IMG/VR virus record: IMGVR_UViG_3300045988_057782
Location: 1 to 37,425 of that record
DNA from: a virus
Reading direction: 5' to 3' (one strand)
DNA: 37,425 nucleotides
Positions 35,079 through 37,425 of the stretch are shown here, piece after piece. Every line of letters begins with the position of its first letter. The stretch's first letter is position 1. A model generated the notes under the pieces. That model was given only the letters and a program-made list of their open reading frames with translations, did no database searches and had not been told where the DNA came from. The translations under genes and the position numbers were made by a program.

Positions 35079-36445
35079 AACTAATACTTAATGGCAAGGA
35101 TATTTCCCAATTTTACAACGAGGCTACTTGGGGCGGAGATAAGGGTCAAGCTGCAAGGCAATTAGACTTTGGGGTGGTGGTCAGTGGTACGGATAAAAAC
35201 CTACCAAAAATCACAGTGCCTATGAACGCAAAGGTCCAATTAATTAATAACGATGGAATAGTCCTATTTGACGGATTTGTATTTAGCAAGGAAAAATCTA
35301 TAGACAATAACATAATGTCAGTAACTTGTCTTGATAAGCTAATACTTGCTAACAAGAGCAAGGGAACTTTTAACTTTGAGAAAAAGACACCTGATGCAAT
35401 AGCAAGGGAAGCCTTTGGATCCATAGGACTAAGCGTAGGAAAAGCTGAAAGCGGAAGTCCAATAGATAGAAAATTTGACCTTGAAACAATCTATAACATA
35501 GTCTTTACTGCTTACAAGATGGAAAATGAAAAGACTGGCAAGCCTTATATGATACGCATGAATAATGGAGCAGTTGACATAGTAGAGCAGGGTAAAATTG
35601 TTGCTAAGTATGTACTTGATGGCAAAAGCAACTTATATAACGCAAGCTACGGAGAAAACTCTGAGAATGTTGTTTCTAAGGTTAAAATGTTTGACACGGA
35701 GGGCAAGCCAATTGGCGAGGTTACCAACGATGTGGAAGGTGGAATTGTAGAAGTCTACCGCCAAGAAAAAGATGAGGACCCAGAGGCAAGAGCCAGGGGA
35801 ATGTTAAAGGATATAGAAAGGACTGCAAGTGTAAGGGTTAAGGGGGACTTTGACTTAATTACAGGTAATGCGGTTATCATCAAGGAGCCTTTTACAGGCC
35901 TTAATGGTAAGTTTTACATCATATCCGACAAGCACACCTTTGCCAATAATTATCATGTGGTAGATTTAGAGCTATCCTATGACAATGTTATGGAAGATAT
36001 AGACACGTCCCAAGAGTCAGAAGGTGATGGAACTGGAAGCAGTGTAAGTGCCAGTGAATCCACAGGACAAAAGGCAATCCAAATAGGGGAGTCAATCAAA
36101 GGAACTCACTATAAATGGGGTGGAACTGACCCTAAGACTGGTGTAGACTGCTCTGGTTTTGTTACCTGGGCCTTTAAGCAGGCAGGGGCAAATATACCAG
36201 GTAGAATTACATCAGATGGAATTAGGAGTAACCCTAAGGCTCTAGGTTTTAAGGAGATACCTTTCAACGAGAGACAACCTGGAGATGTATTGTGGCAAAA
36301 GGGACACGTAGCCATGCAGTATGATGCCACAAGGATAATTGAGTCTGGTGGAGTTAGTAAAAGGATCCTTGGATATAGTGGAGTCTGTGTAAGCAATCAA
36401 AAAGGTAGGACCTTTTCCAAGGCTTACAGATATGTAGGGGGTTAA
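35075..36445 (+). CDS. XkdQ-like tail protein with C-terminal NlpC/P60 cysteine peptidase domain (tail-associated lysin)
   Basis: YKWGG...GVDCSGFVTWAF...H catalytic Cys/His pattern at the C-terminus. Confidence 0.7.
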   Translation: MKLILNGKDISQFYNEATWGGDKGQAARQLDFGVVVSGTDKNLPKITVPMNAKVQLINNDGIVLFDGFVFSKEKSIDNNIMSVTCLDKLILANKSKGTFNFEKKTPDAIAREAFGSIGLSVGKAESGSPIDRKFDLETIYNIVFTAYKMENEKTGKPYMIRMNNGAVDIVEQGKIVAKYVLDGKSNLYNASYGENSENVVSKVKMFDTEGKPIGEVTNDVEGGIVEVYRQEKDEDPEARARGMLKDIERTASVRVKGDFDLITGNAVIIKEPFTGLNGKFYIISDKHTFANNYHVVDLELSYDNVMEDIDTSQESEGDGTGSSVSASESTGQKAIQIGESIKGTHYKWGGTDPKTGVDCSGFVTWAFKQAGANIPGRITSDGIRSNPKALGFKEIPFNERQPGDVLWQKGHVAMQYDATRIIESGGVSKRILGYSGVCVSNQKGRTFSKAYRYVGG

Positions 36446-36446
36446 G

Positions 36447-36827
36447 ATGCAGGAAAAACAAAATGGAGCACAAGAAATTGTAAACTTATTTGACCCAAGT
36501 CCAGAAATAGAGGTCTTACCCTACTGTGAGACTGGAGAAGTCATAAGTCCACTGCCTGACCTAGTAGTTAAGGTTAGGGACATCGACTACAAGAAAAAGA
36601 ATATCAAACTTGATGAATACTGGGTCAAGGGTCACGAGAGGGAAATAGAAATCCCTATGGCTCAACTAACTGGTAGTGACAGTAGGGGAGATTCCCACGT
36701 GCAAGGTAGCTTTCCCAAGGCAAAAATCATATTTAAGGATGAGTTAAAAGCTGGTGACTTGGTGGCCTGCTTACAGTCCAAGGACAAGCAAACTCTCTAT
36801 GTAATCTATAAGATAGCGAGGTGGTAA
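36447..36827 (+). CDS. XkdR-like baseplate protein (DUF2577-like)
   Basis: Position and size. Confidence 0.5.
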   Translation: MQEKQNGAQEIVNLFDPSPEIEVLPYCETGEVISPLPDLVVKVRDIDYKKKNIKLDEYWVKGHEREIEIPMAQLTGSDSRGDSHVQGSFPKAKIIFKDELKAGDLVACLQSKDKQTLYVIYKIARW

Positions 36828-37273
36828 GTATGGCAGAATTTTATCCTTTTATGGATCCACAGCTAGTCAAGGAAAACTTTATAGAAAAGCCAGTAGCTAA
36901 GGAATATGCCTATGATATGGACTCGGCAAGATTTAAGACAAGGGACGGAAAAATGTACTTTGTCTACGAAAACGAGGCTTTAAAGGTTAAGCTCTGGAAG
37001 TTGTTTATGTCGGAAAAATATCGCTGGGTAGTCTTCCCATGGTCCTATGGCCATGAGTTAGAAACTCTTATAGGTCAAGCTTATACCCAAGGTTATGTAA
37101 ATTCAGAGGCAGAAAGATTTGTCAAAGAGGCAATCAAAAGAGCCTTGGAAGATTACATCATAAGGCTAGAAGAATTTAGGGTTAAGTTTGAGGAAGGAAC
37201 TCTCTATATAGACTTTAGAGCCATAACAATATATGGAAAGTTAGAAATGAAGAATCTAAGTATTAGGAGGTGA
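36821..37273 (+). CDS. XkdS-like baseplate protein (DUF2634-like)
   Basis: Position and size. Confidence 0.5.
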   Translation: MVSMAEFYPFMDPQLVKENFIEKPVAKEYAYDMDSARFKTRDGKMYFVYENEALKVKLWKLFMSEKYRWVVFPWSYGHELETLIGQAYTQGYVNSEAERFVKEAIKRALEDYIIRLEEFRVKFEEGTLYIDFRAITIYGKLEMKNLSIRR

Positions 37274-37277
37274 GTAA

Positions 37278-37425
37278 ATGCAAGAAAAATCGCAAGAAGA
37301 ATTTTTACAGTCAATGCTTAGTAATCTAAGTAACACAGAGGACAAGACTCCTAATAGCTTTTCTTATGACATACTTTCAGCGGCGGCAATTGTTTTTGAA
37401 GATTTCCAAAGGGTCATCTTAGAAC
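37278..37425 (+). CDS. Baseplate J-like protein, N-terminal part; the ORF runs off the window end and continues at base 1
   Basis: AGGAGGTG RBS. No stop before the window end. The terminal 55 nt are identical to the window start and keep the same frame. Confidence 0.7.
   Translation, partial: MQEKSQEEFLQSMLSNLSNTEDKTPNSFSYDILSAAAIVFEDFQRVILE
37371..37425. repeat. Second copy of the 55-bp terminal repeat
   Basis: Identical to 1-55. Confidence 0.9.

Noticed and set aside
1-37425. Search for CRISPR arrays, tRNA/tmRNA genes, reverse transcriptase/DGR, retron or toxin-antitoxin pairs with recognisable toxins
   Set aside because: No regularly spaced direct repeats and no cloverleaf-like conserved tRNA motifs in the few non-coding gaps. 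No RT-like motifs (YxDD) in any ORF. The only tandem repeats are the coding iteron/NND repeats at 20852-21016.

Overview
The window is an essentially complete temperate phage (prophage-type) genome of about 37.4 kb from a low-GC Gram-positive (Bacillota-like) host. It is closed on itself: bases 1-55 are identical to 37371-37425, and one gene reads through the junction. Modules in order: (1) PBSX-like contractile-tail baseplate and fibre genes, 1-3800; (2) a lysis cassette, 3821-5700; (3) a moron island with a duplicated consensus sigma-A promoter, 5816-6876; (4) a large serine integrase on the minus strand; (5) a lysogeny operon on the minus strand, consisting of an XRE repressor, an ImmA-type metalloprotease, a lipoprotein and a small protein; (6) a genetic switch with palindromic operators; (7) early and replication genes, including an antirepressor, an N6-methyltransferase-like protein, an AAA ATPase, SSB, a FolD-like protein, MazG, RecT, an MBL-fold protein, a replisome organiser with internal iteron-like repeats, and a VRR-NUC nuclease; (8) a late regulator; (9) a cos-type packaging module with HNH nuclease, P27-family small terminase and large terminase; (10) an HK97-like head with portal, ClpP-type protease and major capsid; (11) a myovirus tail with sheath, tube and a chaperone carrying a -1 frameshift at A_AAA_AAC, then a tape measure protein, a LysM protein and an NlpC/P60 tail lysin. 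No rRNA, tRNA or CRISPR array was recognised by eye. Most minus-strand ORFs in the structural region look spurious. The candidate accessory systems are the moron island, the lysogeny-expressed lipoprotein pair, an isolated reverse-oriented gene in the early region, a C-terminally truncated methyltransferase-like protein and a compact FolD-like protein.
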